A DNA stretch of 63,009 nucleotides from Vulcanimicrobiales bacterium (lineage in GTDB: Bacteria > Vulcanimicrobiota > Vulcanimicrobiia > Vulcanimicrobiales > Vulcanimicrobiaceae), in the NCBI GenBank assembly GCA_038215615.1, contig JBBQQR010000012.1, positions 1 to 63,009 on the forward strand, read 5' to 3'. A program made the position numbers and the translations under genes. The first letter of the stretch is position 1, and every line of letters starts with the position of its first letter. The notes below the pieces were generated by a model. It made no database searches. It saw nothing but the letters and a program-made list of their open reading frames with translations, and was not told the DNA's origin. Positions 27,629-38,724 of this stretch are shown here, in pieces.

Positions 27629-28603
27629 TTACCGGACCGCAAAGAGCGGGAGCATAGGAAAGACGGTCGCGTCGCCTGCGTGCGCTAAGTAGTTGTGGAT
27701 GCCGAACGCATCCTCGATCGTGCGCAGCAATGAGTAGTGGGTGTAGGGCGTAGGATCCGTTGTGTGCCTCGGACCGTGATTCGTGACGACGATCGTGGGA
27801 ATGTGGCCGCCGCCCGCGCTTCCCCCGTCGCCTTCATCAAAGGTAATGACGATCGCGGCGTTGGCCAATGATGACCATGCGGCGGAGGCCATGATTTCGC
27901 CTACCAGCGTCTTTATCTCGTGGTCGCCCCGGCGTATAAGACCTCGCGTAGTCCAGCAATCGAATGGGTTGCCGCCGATGGCGCCATGCATGTCGTTGCA
28001 AAGGTTGGGAACGATCAATGCAAAGTTCGGGATGTTGCCGCTTCGCAGATCGTTTTCCAGCTGAAGAAAACTCACAAGGTGATCGCTGCGTTTCGGATCC
28101 TGCTGCACAGATCGAAAGTTGAGAAAGCCCGAATGCTTCGAGGCATACAACCCGAACCGAATCGCAAGCGACCCCGGCTCGGGTAGGGACTCGTAATACC
28201 CTTTCCAGGTAAGGCGCGACGATTGCAGCTGCGTGGACAGGTTGGGCGCGTCAATCGTGTGGCCGGGAGACGAGAATGGCGCGTCATCGGCAATGCCAAA
28301 GGTTGAGCCGCCGACGATTGCGACATAGTTCGGCTCGCTCGGGTGTGTCTCGGCAGAAAATTGCGTGGCGGTGCCGTATTGTTTTGCCAAGGCAGCAATT
28401 ACCGGCGCGTCCCGGCCACCCACGATCCGCTCGTAGCTCTTGTTTTCATCGACGATCACGAAAATGTGCGCGTACCTCGGCATGCGCCGATCGCTTCCGG
28501 ACGGCGCGGCGGCAATCGATGCTGCTCCGATGAGCAGAACTGCGCAGGTAAGCCCGGTTACGCGCGATGCCAATCCTATGCCCACCGCCGGATCGTAAAA
28601 CAA
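27629..28603 (-). CDS. Secreted phosphoesterase (acid phosphatase/phospholipase C family)
   Basis: IFVIVDENKSY, THPSEPNY, PNLCNDMH, ITFDE, HYSLLRTIED. Confidence 0.85.
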   Translation of the reverse strand: MFYDPAVGIGLASRVTGLTCAVLLIGAASIAAAPSGSDRRMPRYAHIFVIVDENKSYERIVGGRDAPVIAALAKQYGTATQFSAETHPSEPNYVAIVGGSTFGIADDAPFSSPGHTIDAPNLSTQLQSSRLTWKGYYESLPEPGSLAIRFGLYASKHSGFLNFRSVQQDPKRSDHLVSFLQLENDLRSGNIPNFALIVPNLCNDMHGAIGGNPFDCWTTRGLIRRGDHEIKTLVGEIMASAAWSSLANAAIVITFDEGDGGSAGGGHIPTIVVTNHGPRHTTDPTPYTHYSLLRTIEDAFGIHNYLAHAGDATVFPMLPLFAVR

Positions 28604-28668
28604 ATCACCGGTAGAGGCAACGGGCGCGGGGAGGCTCGCGATGGCGTAGTGGCTAATTCGCGGCCCCT

Positions 28669-30801
28669 ATGCATTCAGTAAGCGGGATCAGCTCATCGGT
28701 CGCCATCTACCTGGGTCTGGGTGCGGGCGCCCTGGCCATTGTGTACGGAATCATCCTTATAAGCTGGGTTCTGGGACGTTCGCCGGGCAACGCCCGCATG
28801 CAGGAGATAGCGGGCGCGATCGAAGAGGGCGCGATGGCCTTCCTGCGGCGGCAGTACACGACGATCGGCATCGTCGCGGTCGGCCTGTTCCTCGTGATTC
28901 TGTGGGGCCTTCACTGGGAGACCGCAGTTGGATTTCTAGTCGGCGCCGTTCTTTCGGGCGCGGCCGGCTTTATCGGAATGATGGTATCCGTCCGCGCAAA
29001 CGTTCGCACAGCTGAAGCGGCGCGCAGCGGATTGGGTCCGGCGCTCGCGGTCGCCTTCCGCGGGGGAGCCGTGACCGGACTCCTGGTCGTGGGCTTAGGC
29101 ATTCTCGCCGTTGCAGGCTACTACTGGATTCTGCTCTCCGTTAATCACGGCAACGAACCGCAATCGCTCGGCGCCATGATCGGCCTCGCGTTCGGCTGTT
29201 CGTTGATCTCGGTCTTCGCACGCTTGGGAGGCGGCATTTACACCAAAGCGGCGGATGTCGGCGCCGATCTCGTCGGCAAAGTCGAAGCGGGCATTCCCGA
29301 AGACGATCCGCGCAACCCCGCCGTCATCGCGGACAACGTCGGCGACAACGTCGGCGACTGCGCCGGCATGGCGGCCGATCTTTTCGAAACGTACGTCGTA
29401 ACGACTGTCGCCGCGATGCTGCTCGGCAATTTGCTCCTGGGCACAGTCGCCGGCGCAACCACGTTCCCGATCGTCATCGGCGCGATCTCGATCGTTGCGT
29501 CGATCGTCGGCACGTTCTTCGTCGGCATCGGTAAAGTCGATCGGGCAAAGATCATGAACGCACTCTATTCGGGGCTCGGCGTCGCGGGTGTACTGGCGGC
29601 CATCGTCTTCTATTTTCTCACCAACCGCGAATTCGGAAGCGGCATCACCATCGGCACCGGCGCGCTGGCGCGCCAGGTCGCCCCGCTGAACATCTGGGGC
29701 TGCGCGATCATCGGCTTGGCGGTGACCGGGCTCATTACGTGGATCACCGAATACTACACTGGCACGCAGTATTCGCCGGTGCGCAGAATCGCCAACGCCT
29801 CAATCACCGGCCATGCAACGAACATCATCAGCGGCCTGGCCGTCTCGATGCAGGCGACCGCGTTGCCGGGTCTGGTCATCGTTATCGGCATCCTGGCGTC
29901 GTATGCGCTCGTGGGATTGTACGGCGTCGGCATCGCCGTTATGGCAATGCTTTCAATGGCCGGGATCATCGTCGCGATCGATTCGTTCGGACCGATCACC
30001 GACAACGCAGGCGGCATTGCCGAGATGGCCGACCTGCCGGTGGAGGTACGCGGCGTGACCGATCCGCTCGACGCGGTCGGCAACACGACCAAAGCTGTCA
30101 CCAAAGGTTACGCGATCGGCTCTGCGGGGTTGGCGGCGATCGTGCTCTTTGCATCGTTCTCGCAAGAGCTCAGCGCTAAATGCGCAGCCATCCATGGCTG
30201 CGTCGCCGGCGCGGGTTTGTTCAGCATTGAGTCGCCTTACGTGTTGGCAGGCTTGCTCATCGGCGGAATGCTGCCGTTCTTCTTCTCGTCACTATCAATG
30301 GAAGCGGTTGGCCGCGCCGCGGGATCGGTTGTCGAGGACGTGCGCCGGCAGTTCCGCGAGAACCCCGGCATCATGGCGGGGACGACCCGCCCCGATTATG
30401 CCAAAACGGTGGATATCGTAACCCGCGCCGCCCTCAAAGAAATGATTCTGCCCTCTCTCATCCCTGTCGGCGTGCCGGTCGTGATCGTTCTGCTGGGAGC
30501 GGCCCACATATTTCCCGGAATAAGCGCGGCGCAAGTGATGGGCGGCGTTCTGGTCGGCGCGATCGTGACGGGCTTGTTCCTGGCGATCGCGATGACCAGC
30601 GGGGGCGGCGCGTGGGACAACGCCAAGAAATACATCGAGGACGGGCACTTCGGGGGCAAAGGCTCCGACGCGCACAAAGCCGCGGTCACGGGCGACACGG
30701 TCGGCGACCCGTACAAAGACACGGCCGGGCCGGCCATCAACCCGATGATTAAGGTCCTCAATATCGTCGCGCTGCTGCTGGTGGCTTTCCTCATCCACTA
30801 G
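28669..30801 (+). CDS. hppA: Membrane H+-translocating pyrophosphatase, K+-independent type
   Basis: [26 protein letters not shown] has Lys at the K+-dependence position. Confidence 0.95.
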   Translation: MHSVSGISSSVAIYLGLGAGALAIVYGIILISWVLGRSPGNARMQEIAGAIEEGAMAFLRRQYTTIGIVAVGLFLVILWGLHWETAVGFLVGAVLSGAAGFIGMMVSVRANVRTAEAARSGLGPALAVAFRGGAVTGLLVVGLGILAVAGYYWILLSVNHGNEPQSLGAMIGLAFGCSLISVFARLGGGIYTKAADVGADLVGKVEAGIPEDDPRNPAVIADNVGDNVGDCAGMAADLFETYVVTTVAAMLLGNLLLGTVAGATTFPIVIGAISIVASIVGTFFVGIGKVDRAKIMNALYSGLGVAGVLAAIVFYFLTNREFGSGITIGTGALARQVAPLNIWGCAIIGLAVTGLITWITEYYTGTQYSPVRRIANASITGHATNIISGLAVSMQATALPGLVIVIGILASYALVGLYGVGIAVMAMLSMAGIIVAIDSFGPITDNAGGIAEMADLPVEVRGVTDPLDAVGNTTKAVTKGYAIGSAGLAAIVLFASFSQELSAKCAAIHGCVAGAGLFSIESPYVLAGLLIGGMLPFFFSSLSMEAVGRAAGSVVEDVRRQFRENPGIMAGTTRPDYAKTVDIVTRAALKEMILPSLIPVGVPVVIVLLGAAHIFPGISAAQVMGGVLVGAIVTGLFLAIAMTSGGGAWDNAKKYIEDGHFGGKGSDAHKAAVTGDTVGDPYKDTAGPAINPMIKVLNIVALLLVAFLIH

Positions 30802-30883
30802 CCGCGGCAGGCGGCAAGCGGTTGGTCGCTGCGACGAACGGCCGCGCGGGTACGTACGTTTTATCAAAGTGAGGATGGGCTTG

Positions 30884-31807
30884 ATGAAACGACTCTGGGC
30901 AATCGCAGGCGCCGCGGCGCTGGTCTTCGCGTGGTCTGCGCCGGCGCTGGCCTCTCCGCAGGACGACCAAGTCGAAATGCAGATCGGCCAGCAAGAGTAC
31001 CGGCAGTTGCAACAAAAGGGCGAGATCCTGACGAACTCCCCGTATTACGCTATCCTCAATCCGATCGCGGCGAAAATCAAACGCATCGCCGATCCCCAGT
31101 ATTTCACCCCGTTCCACTTCATTTTGGTCAATGAGACTTCGCCCAACGCTTTTGCAGTGCCGGGCGGCAACGTGTACGTGACGACGGCGATGATGCGATT
31201 CGTCAAGAATAAAGAAGAGCTGGCAGGCGTACTCTGCCACGAAACATCGCACGACATCCATCACGACGTTCTTAACCTCTATCAAAAAGATCAACGCTTG
31301 AGCCTTTATGGCACACTGGCTGAAATTCTACTGGGCCGCAACGCGAGCGGACTCGCGAATGCCGTCATCAACATCGCGGCCAATCTTGAGGCGATGCACT
31401 TCTCACGACAGGTCGAAGAGAACGCCGACAATAAGGGTGCAATCACGTGCGCGCAAGCCGGTTTAACGCCCTACGGCTTGGTGTGGCTCATGCAAGCTTT
31501 CCAGACGTCCAACACCTCAAGTCCGCCGGAAGTCATTTCCGATCACCCAAGTGACACTCACAGAATTGCGGCCCTGCAAAACGAGTTTGCAGGCAGCCCC
31601 GGATTGTTCGGTAAGTATAACCAGCAAATCGCGTGCGGCACGCCGCTCAGCTATGGGGGATTATACGACCAATACAAGGGCGGCTGCGGCGTTCCGCGCC
31701 GGCAGACCGGCTCTTCGGTGTCGGCTACTCGATCGGGCATCACGCATATCGCGCCGGTACGTTCGTCTACCAAACGCAAGTGCCCGGCCGCCTGGAAGTA
31801 CTGCTAG
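30884..31807 (+). CDS. M48 family metalloprotease, secreted
   Basis: Signal peptide, NAFAVPGG, HETSH, DHPSDTHRI. Confidence 0.88.
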   Translation: MKRLWAIAGAAALVFAWSAPALASPQDDQVEMQIGQQEYRQLQQKGEILTNSPYYAILNPIAAKIKRIADPQYFTPFHFILVNETSPNAFAVPGGNVYVTTAMMRFVKNKEELAGVLCHETSHDIHHDVLNLYQKDQRLSLYGTLAEILLGRNASGLANAVINIAANLEAMHFSRQVEENADNKGAITCAQAGLTPYGLVWLMQAFQTSNTSSPPEVISDHPSDTHRIAALQNEFAGSPGLFGKYNQQIACGTPLSYGGLYDQYKGGCGVPRRQTGSSVSATRSGITHIAPVRSSTKRKCPAAWKYC

Positions 31808-31808
31808 T

Positions 31809-32228
31809 TTGAGGTGGACGCGGCTCGCCTTCATCCTGATCTGCACGGCGGCAACCGCGGCACCGGCCTTCGCACAAACGTCACCGCAGTTTCAGAGTTG
31901 CAGCGCAAGCGCAAAGACCCAATTATCGTTGGACAAATGCGCATGCGGCGAGTTAGCGCTGCGCAGCAAACAGATGCAGTCCGTTTATTCAAAGATTCTG
32001 TCGGCCGCCGCCGGACAGCGTGCAGCGCTTGCGAAGGCTAAAGCCATGCAGCAAGCCTGGCTTGCGTACGCCTCCGCGTATCTCGAGGCGCTCTATCCGG
32101 CCTCCAACAAACAGGTCGAATACGGCTCGATGTATCCGATGGAATCAGCCTTGGCCCACAGCGCCCTCGTCCAACGACACACGGCCGATCTGCAGGGACT
32201 GCTGACGAACCTTATGCGCGCGAAGTAA
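31809..32228 (+). CDS. LprI/DUF1311-like secreted protein
   Basis: Signal peptide, C..A.TQ..L..CA, MQQAWLAY, GSMYPM. Confidence 0.7.
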   Translation: MRWTRLAFILICTAATAAPAFAQTSPQFQSCSASAKTQLSLDKCACGELALRSKQMQSVYSKILSAAAGQRAALAKAKAMQQAWLAYASAYLEALYPASNKQVEYGSMYPMESALAHSALVQRHTADLQGLLTNLMRAK

Positions 32229-32243
32229 CCGCGAACGCCCGTT

Positions 32244-32978
32244 CTACCATCCACCGGAAGCTCCGCCGCCGCCAAAACCTCCACCGAATCCGCCGCCGCC
32301 CATGCCGCCGAATCCACCGCCGCCAGTGCTGCCCCACCCGCCGCTGCTCAATGCGCCTGTTAAGAACCAAAGTCCGGGGTTGCCGCCACCCCGCTGTTTT
32401 CGCGCTAGAAAGATAATGAGCCCGAACACCAGGATGAAAATGATCAGCGACCCGATGATGCTCGTCGGCGAGTCGTCCTTGGAGCTGCTGCTCGCTTCGG
32501 CTGCTACTTCGTGGCCGATTTGATTCTTGAACGACGGCGTAATCGTGAGCAACATGCGATCGACGCCGGCTTGGACGGCGCCATCGGTATCGCCGGCGCG
32601 CATCCGCGGACGGATGGTATCGTTGATGATAAGACCGGAATCCGCATCGGTTAACGATCCCTCGAGCCCATAGCCGACTTCAATCCGGACCTTGCGGTCT
32701 TGCATGAACAAGAACAGGATGGCGCCGTCGTCTTTTCCCGGCCGTCCAATCTTCCACGTCTCGGCAGCTTTGATCGTCCAGTCTTCAAGGGGCACATCGC
32801 CCGTCGTCTCTCCCATCCAGACGATGATGCGATGACCGGTCGCCTTTTCGTAGCGCTGCAGCTCGGCGTCGAGATTTTGGACCGTCGCGCTGCTTAAGAC
32901 GCCGGCATTATCGGTAACGTATTGCGCCGGCCTCGGTGGGGCGGTCAGTGCGGTCGCCAGCACCAGCGACGCGATCAT
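32244..32978 (-). CDS. TPM domain protein with Gly-rich tail
   Basis: VTDNAGVLS, RIEVGYGLEG, GGFGGGGASGGW. Confidence 0.9.
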   Translation of the reverse strand: MIASLVLATALTAPPRPAQYVTDNAGVLSSATVQNLDAELQRYEKATGHRIIVWMGETTGDVPLEDWTIKAAETWKIGRPGKDDGAILFLFMQDRKVRIEVGYGLEGSLTDADSGLIINDTIRPRMRAGDTDGAVQAGVDRMLLTITPSFKNQIGHEVAAEASSSSKDDSPTSIIGSLIIFILVFGLIIFLARKQRGGGNPGLWFLTGALSSGGWGSTGGGGFGGMGGGGFGGGFGGGGASGGW

Positions 32979-33358
32979 TGGGCGCCGGCTTTCGGAAAGT
33001 GCGCGCGCAGCTGCTCGCCGGCACGGGCGATGCCGTGCTCCAGCGCGCCCGTCATATCACCCTGCTTGAAGTGGGGCGTCATCTCCTCGACGACATCGCT
33101 CCAGAACTTCTCACCTACGCGTTTGTGGATCGCGTCGTCACCGTACACGGCAAACCTGCGCGATTTCGGCGCGACCAGAAAGATGACCGCATTGCGGTGT
33201 GGATGTTTGTGCAGCTCCGCTTGATGTAAACTCTCGCGTGCTGCCCCAAGCGCGTCGGCCGTGTCGTGCGGCAAGACGCGGACGGCGACGCGTCCGTTGC
33301 TTCCCGCCTCCGCGGACCGGATGGCCGCGTGAATGCGTCCGCTGTCTATCGGCTTCAC
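32975..33358 (-). CDS. TPM domain protein
   Basis: IRSAEAGSNG, RNAVIFLVA, GDDAIH, LRAHFP. Confidence 0.85.
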   Translation of the reverse strand: MKPIDSGRIHAAIRSAEAGSNGRVAVRVLPHDTADALGAARESLHQAELHKHPHRNAVIFLVAPKSRRFAVYGDDAIHKRVGEKFWSDVVEEMTPHFKQGDMTGALEHGIARAGEQLRAHFPKAGAQ

Positions 33359-33978
33359 GGGAAGTTGACTTGCGGTGCTTTCTCGGCTCCGGCCGCGGCC
33401 TGAAAGTAGGCTTTGTCGCTAAAGCGCGACCCGAATATCCCGGCGATCATCACGGTCGGAAATGTATTGCGTTTCGTGTTGAACGCCTGCGCCAGTTCAT
33501 TGTAGCGGCGCCGCTCGACGGATATGCGGTTTTCGGTCCCCTCGAGTTGCGTTTGCAACGTCTGGAAATTCTCGTTGGCTTTCAGCTGAGGATAGTTCTC
33601 GACCGTCACCAGCAGGCGCGAGAGCGCGGAACCCAGATTATTCTGGGCTTGCGAGAATTGGGCCATGATCTTCGGATCGTTGGCGGCATTCGCGACCGCC
33701 TGCGGCGAGAGTTGGCCGACGCTCGCGCGCGCTTGCGCTACGGCGATGTAGGTGGTCTTCTCGAAGTTCGCGGCGCCCTTGACGGTCGCAACGAGATTCG
33801 GAACGAGATCGGCGCGGCGCTGATACTGGTTTTGCACTTGAGCCCACTGCGACTGCACCGACTGGTCCATCGTCACTAGGCTATTATATGTGGATCCAAC
33901 CATGATCAGGATGACGGCAACAACCGCCAGTACGATCCAGATGCCGTACGAACGCGGCCGGCCTTGAACTTGTCCCAT
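33355..33978 (-). CDS. lemA: LemA family protein
   Basis: YQRRADLVPNLV, ENYPQLKAN, LEGTENRI. Confidence 0.93.
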   Translation of the reverse strand: MGQVQGRPRSYGIWIVLAVVAVILIMVGSTYNSLVTMDQSVQSQWAQVQNQYQRRADLVPNLVATVKGAANFEKTTYIAVAQARASVGQLSPQAVANAANDPKIMAQFSQAQNNLGSALSRLLVTVENYPQLKANENFQTLQTQLEGTENRISVERRRYNELAQAFNTKRNTFPTVMIAGIFGSRFSDKAYFQAAAGAEKAPQVNFP

Positions 33979-33986
33979 TCTTCCTC

Positions 33987-34508
33987 CTACGTCGCTTGCG
34001 CCGGCGCTTCATCAAGTGCGCGGAACTTGCGATAGATGACCCAGTAAGACGCCAGAATTGCCGAAATACCGAACAGCACGAGCCCGTCGCCGACAACGGT
34101 TGCGAGAACTCCCTGAGGCAGCAGCAACCGAATAACGGCCCGTAAAATAAATGCGCCGATCCAGATTACCGCCGTAATCCAGGAAGGTTCCACGTACATG
34201 ACGTGCGGTTTTTCGGTGCGCCGGACGATGCGGTGCGCCGACATGGCGATGCCCAGCGGAACGCCCAGCACGACGCCGGCGAGTACGGCGACCGCTATCC
34301 AAAGCGGCGGGGCGGGGTTGAGCTGCTCGGATGCCCAGATGCTGAAGACCGTAAGCGCGAGGAAAACCATGGGCGTGATGAACAGCCGAACGAGGCTCAT
34401 CTTCATCGGACGCGAGTAACGGAACAGCACGATGCCCGCGATCACGACGTAGATCGCAAGCTGGCTCCAAACCGAGGGTTGCGGCGGCCCGTGCGCGGCG
34501 GGGTTCAT
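33987..34508 (-). CDS. Membrane protein (CcdC/DUF1453-like)
   Basis: About five hydrophobic segments. Confidence 0.6.
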   Translation of the reverse strand: MNPAAHGPPQPSVWSQLAIYVVIAGIVLFRYSRPMKMSLVRLFITPMVFLALTVFSIWASEQLNPAPPLWIAVAVLAGVVLGVPLGIAMSAHRIVRRTEKPHVMYVEPSWITAVIWIGAFILRAVIRLLLPQGVLATVVGDGLVLFGISAILASYWVIYRKFRALDEAPAQAT

Positions 34509-34530
34509 CCGGTAAGCCTTTCTACGGAAT

Positions 34531-34565
34531 GAAAAGAGAGGAGCGATGAACGCTCCTCCCCTTTT
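34531..34565 (-). terminator. Intrinsic terminator after rplL
   Basis: GGGGAGGAGCG-TTCAT-CGCTCCTCTC-TTTT. Confidence 0.8.
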
Positions 34566-34585
34566 ACTTCGGCCTGCGTTGGCCC

Positions 34586-34960
34586 CTACTTGATTTCGAC
34601 TTTGGCGCCGGCTTCTTCGAGTTTTTTCTTGACGGCCTCGGCTTCGTCTTTGGCAACGCCTTCCTTCACCGGTTTGGGCGCGCTCTCCACGAAAGTTTTG
34701 GCTTCGGTCAACCCGAGGCTCGTAAGTTCGCGCACGGCCTTGATGACTTTGATCTTCTCGGGTCCGGCCTCGGTCAGAATGACGTCGAACTCGGTCTTTT
34801 CGGCTGCGGGTGCGGCAGCAGCGGCACCGCCGCCGGCGGCCATCATGGCAACCGGAGCTGCGGCCGATACGCCGTATTTCTCTTCGAGCTGCTTCACGAG
34901 ATCGGCGAGCTCGAGGACGGTAAGCTTATCAATGGTTTCGATGATTTCGGCGACTGCCAT
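34586..34960 (-). CDS. rplL: 50S ribosomal protein L7/L12
   Basis: [26 protein letters not shown]. Confidence 0.98.
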   Translation of the reverse strand: MAVAEIIETIDKLTVLELADLVKQLEEKYGVSAAAPVAMMAAGGGAAAAAPAAEKTEFDVILTEAGPEKIKVIKAVRELTSLGLTEAKTFVESAPKPVKEGVAKDEAEAVKKKLEEAGAKVEIK

Positions 34961-34978
34961 GATAGGTGTGATTCTCCT

Positions 34979-35506
34979 TTAAGCGTTCGTAGCCGCGGCT
35001 TTTTGTTCGCGGATAGCATTGAGCACGCGGACGAGTCCGCTTTGATTTCCCGACAGGACCGTTACCAAGCCGCGCAACGGCGAGGCGAGCGAACCGACCA
35101 GTCTTGCGATGAGTTCCTGCTTTGAAGGCAGCGACGCGAGAACCATGACCTCTTTTGCGTCGACGATGCGGCCTTCGATGTAAGCCGCTTTAATGCCGAT
35201 CGCTTTCACGTCGTCCGAAAATGTTTTGAGCGCTTTGGCCGGCGCAACCGGATCTTCGCCGGCGAAAACCACGCCGGTCGGACCGGCGAGAAACTGTTCG
35301 AGCTTCTTGGCGAGATCGGCCGCCGCAATCGAGAACAGCGTATTCTTCACAACCGCGTACGAGCTGCCGTCTTTGCGCAGCTCGCCGCGCAAGCGCGTGA
35401 TCTGCTCGACGGTTAGTCCCGTGTAATCCGTGAGAAAGAGATTGGTCGATCCCGAAAGTTTGCGCTGGAGTTCGGCGATCGCGGCTTCTTTTTTGGCTGT
35501 CGGCAT
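34979..35506 (-). CDS. rplJ: 50S ribosomal protein L10
   Basis: DYTGLTV, LRGELR, VVKNTL, LPSKQEL. Confidence 0.97.
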   Translation of the reverse strand: MPTAKKEAAIAELQRKLSGSTNLFLTDYTGLTVEQITRLRGELRKDGSSYAVVKNTLFSIAAADLAKKLEQFLAGPTGVVFAGEDPVAPAKALKTFSDDVKAIGIKAAYIEGRIVDAKEVMVLASLPSKQELIARLVGSLASPLRGLVTVLSGNQSGLVRVLNAIREQKAAATNA

Positions 35507-35521
35507 CTGTCCTCAAAGAAT

Positions 35522-35645
35522 AAAAAACGGCGCTCCATCCGTCCGGAGAGCGCCTGTTGGAAAGCACCGCTTTTACGCGATACGAATCTTCGAGAGCGTC
35601 CTCTGCAGCGTATTAAGGGCGGACCCTGCTGCGGTCTTCGGAGCC
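35522..35645 (-). promoter_or_regulatory. Ribosomal protein L10 leader with terminator hairpin
   Basis: CCGAAGACCGCAG...TTAA...CTGCAGAGG core, followed by GGCGCTC...GAGCGCCGTTTTTT. Confidence 0.8.
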
Positions 35646-35716
35646 GTCGGCCATCATAACAGAGGACGGGCAGGCGGCGCAAGGGGCCCCGGGCCGCCCA
35701 GTCCAAGCAAGGGCTT

Positions 35717-36382
35717 ATGAAGACAAATCGGCGTTCCTTCTTGCTATCCTCCGCCGCCGCGGTGGCCATCACGGCTGCGGAATCTCCCGCCCGCGCAGCG
35801 AACGAGCAAGCCGCAATGACTGCCTCCGACTCCCTGAAAGCGCTCCTAAAGGGCAACGCCCGGTTTATCGCCGGGACCCCCGCGTGTTTGCCGGCCACGG
35901 TAAAACGCGCCCAGCTCGCCAACGGGCAGGCGCCCTTTGCGGCAGTACTGGGCTGTTCGGACTCGCGGGTGCCGGTAGAAACCGTTTTCGATCACGAACC
36001 GGGCGATATTTTCGTCGTGCGGGTCGCGGGAAATTTTGCCGACCCGGTCGGCATCGGCTCCCTCGAGTATGCGGTCGCGGTTCTTAAGTCGACGCTTGTC
36101 ATGGTTCTCGGACATTCGTCTTGCGGCGCGGTGAAAGCCGCCACCCAATTCGTCGGCAGCGGCACGACGTTCCCCGGACACATTCAAGGCCTCGCCGCGG
36201 CGATCGCTCCGTCTGCCAAAGCAACGCAACATAGCGCCGGGGATTGGGTGCACAATGCCACCGTCGCAAACGTGCACGCCAACGTCGCGAAGCTCAAAGC
36301 CGATCCAATCATTGCCGCCAAAGGCGTCGACATCATAGGCGCCGTCTACGATCTCGCGTCGGGGAAAGTCTCGCTCGTCTAG
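35717..36382 (+). CDS. Beta-carbonic anhydrase with Tat signal
   Basis: NRRSFL twin-arginine motif, CSDSRV, RVAGN, GHSSCGA. Confidence 0.92.
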   Translation: MKTNRRSFLLSSAAAVAITAAESPARAANEQAAMTASDSLKALLKGNARFIAGTPACLPATVKRAQLANGQAPFAAVLGCSDSRVPVETVFDHEPGDIFVVRVAGNFADPVGIGSLEYAVAVLKSTLVMVLGHSSCGAVKAATQFVGSGTTFPGHIQGLAAAIAPSAKATQHSAGDWVHNATVANVHANVAKLKADPIIAAKGVDIIGAVYDLASGKVSLV

Positions 36383-36388
36383 GATCGG

Positions 36389-37093
36389 CTAGGCGGTTGT
36401 CGTCCGAACCTTGTTCGGATCGACTTTCACGCCAGGGCCCATCGTGCTCGTCAGAGTGATGCTGCGAAGATAGGTCCCTTTCGAAGCAGCCGGCTTGGCG
36501 CGGATGATCGCATCGAGCAGCGTCGTCACGTTCTCGGCCAACTGATTCTCGGCGAAGCTGGCTTTGCCGACGATCGTGTGCACGATCGACGCCTTATCCA
36601 AACGGTACTCAACCTTACCGGCTTTGATGTCGCGCACCGCGGCGCCGATATTCGGCGAAACCGTGCCGGCTTTCGGATTGGGCATCTTCTGCGCGAGGAT
36701 GCGGCCGAGCTGCGAACCAACCGGTCCCATCATATCCGGCGTCGCCACCGCGACGTCGAAGTCGGCGAAGCCGCCTTTTATTTTGTCGATCAGATCCTGT
36801 TCGCCGACGAAATCTGCACCGGCGGACTCGGCCTCTTTGGCCTTGTCCCCCTTAGCGAAAGCGACGACGCGAACGGCGCGCCCCGTTCCGTGCGGAAGCA
36901 AAACCGTGCCGCGCACGTTCTGTTCGCTCTTCTTAGGGTCGACACCCAAACGGATGTGTGCCTCGATCGTCTCGTCGAACTTTGCGTTCGCGTTTTTCTT
37001 GACGAGCGAAACGGCTTGGACCGTATCTAACGCTTCGGCGGGATTATAGCTCTTCGCCAGGTTGCGGAAACGCTTGCCGTGCGTGCGAGCCAT
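36389..37093 (-). CDS. rplA: 50S ribosomal protein L1
   Basis: [28 protein letters not shown]. Confidence 0.98.
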   Translation of the reverse strand: MARTHGKRFRNLAKSYNPAEALDTVQAVSLVKKNANAKFDETIEAHIRLGVDPKKSEQNVRGTVLLPHGTGRAVRVVAFAKGDKAKEAESAGADFVGEQDLIDKIKGGFADFDVAVATPDMMGPVGSQLGRILAQKMPNPKAGTVSPNIGAAVRDIKAGKVEYRLDKASIVHTIVGKASFAENQLAENVTTLLDAIIRAKPAASKGTYLRSITLTSTMGPGVKVDPNKVRTTTA

Positions 37094-37518
37094 CAGCCTT
37101 CCACCTCCACGCCCATCGAGCGGGCGGTACCGGCGATAATCCGTTTGGCCATGTCGATATCGTTAGCGTTCAGGTCGGGCATTTTTGTTTTGGCGATCTG
37201 CTCGACTTGCGCTTGCGAGATTTTGCCGACCTTATCCCGATTGGGTTCTTTCGAACCGGACTCGATTTTCGCGGCCTGTTTTATGAGGAATGAAGCCGGC
37301 GGCGTTTTCGTGATAAACGTGAACGTGCGGTCTTCAAAAACGGTGATTTCCACCGGAATGATCATGCCCGACTGCGAGGCGGTACGTTCGTTGTACTGCT
37401 TGCAGAAATCCATGATGTTCAAGCTGTATGGACCGAGCGCCGGGCCGATCGGGGGCGCCGGGGTGGCCTTTCCGGCCGGAATTTGCAGGCCGATCTTGCC
37501 CACAACTTTTTTTGCCAT
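37093..37518 (-). CDS. rplK: 50S ribosomal protein L11
   Basis: [22 protein letters not shown]. Confidence 0.98.
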   Translation of the reverse strand: MAKKVVGKIGLQIPAGKATPAPPIGPALGPYSLNIMDFCKQYNERTASQSGMIIPVEITVFEDRTFTFITKTPPASFLIKQAAKIESGSKEPNRDKVGKISQAQVEQIAKTKMPDLNANDIDMAKRIIAGTARSMGVEVEG

Positions 37519-37585
37519 CTCTTCGTCCTTTCAAGACTCCCCCTACTATCGGGACGCGACCGGGGTCGCTTCGCGCCCGAAAATG

Positions 37586-37942
37586 CTATTTGGCGGGACT
37601 ATGTAATCCGAATTCGTTGCCTTCGAAATCCTTGAACTCCGCCCAGCCGCCCCAGGGTTCCGTCCGGGGCTGTTCCGTGATCTCGACGCCCTTGGCTTTG
37701 AGCGCTTCGGCCGTTCTTACAACGTCGCCGCACTCGATGATGATGTCGGTATCGCCGGCGCCGTCTTCTTTAGAGAGTTGAATGTTCGTCTGGCCGTCTC
37801 CGCCCGGAGCGACGCTCACCCAACGGCTCTCGCCCATCGGCGCGTCCGCCGTGCAGACCCAACCGAAGTTGTCCATGAAAAAAGCCTTGGCGCGATCTTG
37901 GTCTTTGACTTTGATCGAAACGATTCCGACGTACGGTTTCAT
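37586..37942 (-). CDS. VOC/glyoxalase family protein
   Basis: VKDQDRAKAFF, EPWGG, FKDFEGN; TAATG coupling to nusG. Confidence 0.85.
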   Translation of the reverse strand: MKPYVGIVSIKVKDQDRAKAFFMDNFGWVCTADAPMGESRWVSVAPGGDGQTNIQLSKEDGAGDTDIIIECGDVVRTAEALKAKGVEITEQPRTEPWGGWAEFKDFEGNEFGLHSPAK

Positions 37943-38724
37943 TAGACTTTCTCAATCTGGTAGAACTCGAGCTCGACCGGCGTTTCGCGGCCGAAGATCG
38001 AGATGAGCGCGCGCACTTTTTCCTTCTCGGGTTGGATCTCATCGATGAGCCCGGTGAAGTCGAAGAACGGTCCCGACGTGACTTTGACGCGATCGCCTTT
38101 TTTGAAGTCGATCTTGAGTTTGGGCGTTTCGATGCCCATCTGCTTGAGAATCGTCTTGACTTCTTTGTCTTGCAGCGGCACAGGTTTTTCGCCCGCGCCC
38201 GGACTGCCAACGAAACCAGTTACACCCGAGGTATTGCGCACGACGTACCAGGACTGATCATCCATGTCCATCTCGACCAATACGTAACCGGGGAAGACTT
38301 TTTTCGGCGTAATCTTGCGTTTGCCGTCTTTGAACTCGACTTCGTCTTCCATCGGCACGAGCACGCGGAAAATCTTGTCTTGCATGTTCATCGAATGGAT
38401 GCGCCGCTCGAGGTTGGCTTTCACTTTGTTCTCGTAACCCGAGTACGTGTGGATCACAAACCAGTTTTTGCGGCTGTCCTTGGCCTTTGACTTGGGCTCG
38501 CCGTCAGTCGCGGGCACGCCGTCGCTCGCCGGAACTTCCGCGTTTTCGAACCGTGCAACTTCCGTTTCGGGTGATTCGAGATCGGCGCTCACCGCGCCGT
38601 TGCTTTGCACGCCGTCACCCTGCGTGTCCTCGTAAGCCTCGGCCGCTTGCGCGGGCGTCTCTTGCACGCCGGATGCTTCAGAAAGCGCTTCCGCTTCCGA
38701 TTCGTGACTGGAGAATTCGATCAT
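37942..38724 (-). CDS. nusG: Transcription factor NusG with acidic N-terminal extension
   Basis: WFVIHTYSGYENKVK, FPGYVLVEM, IFGRETPVEL; ATG 38724 overlaps the secE stop. Confidence 0.96.
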   Translation of the reverse strand: MIEFSSHESEAEALSEASGVQETPAQAAEAYEDTQGDGVQSNGAVSADLESPETEVARFENAEVPASDGVPATDGEPKSKAKDSRKNWFVIHTYSGYENKVKANLERRIHSMNMQDKIFRVLVPMEDEVEFKDGKRKITPKKVFPGYVLVEMDMDDQSWYVVRNTSGVTGFVGSPGAGEKPVPLQDKEVKTILKQMGIETPKLKIDFKKGDRVKVTSGPFFDFTGLIDEIQPEKEKVRALISIFGRETPVELEFYQIEKV

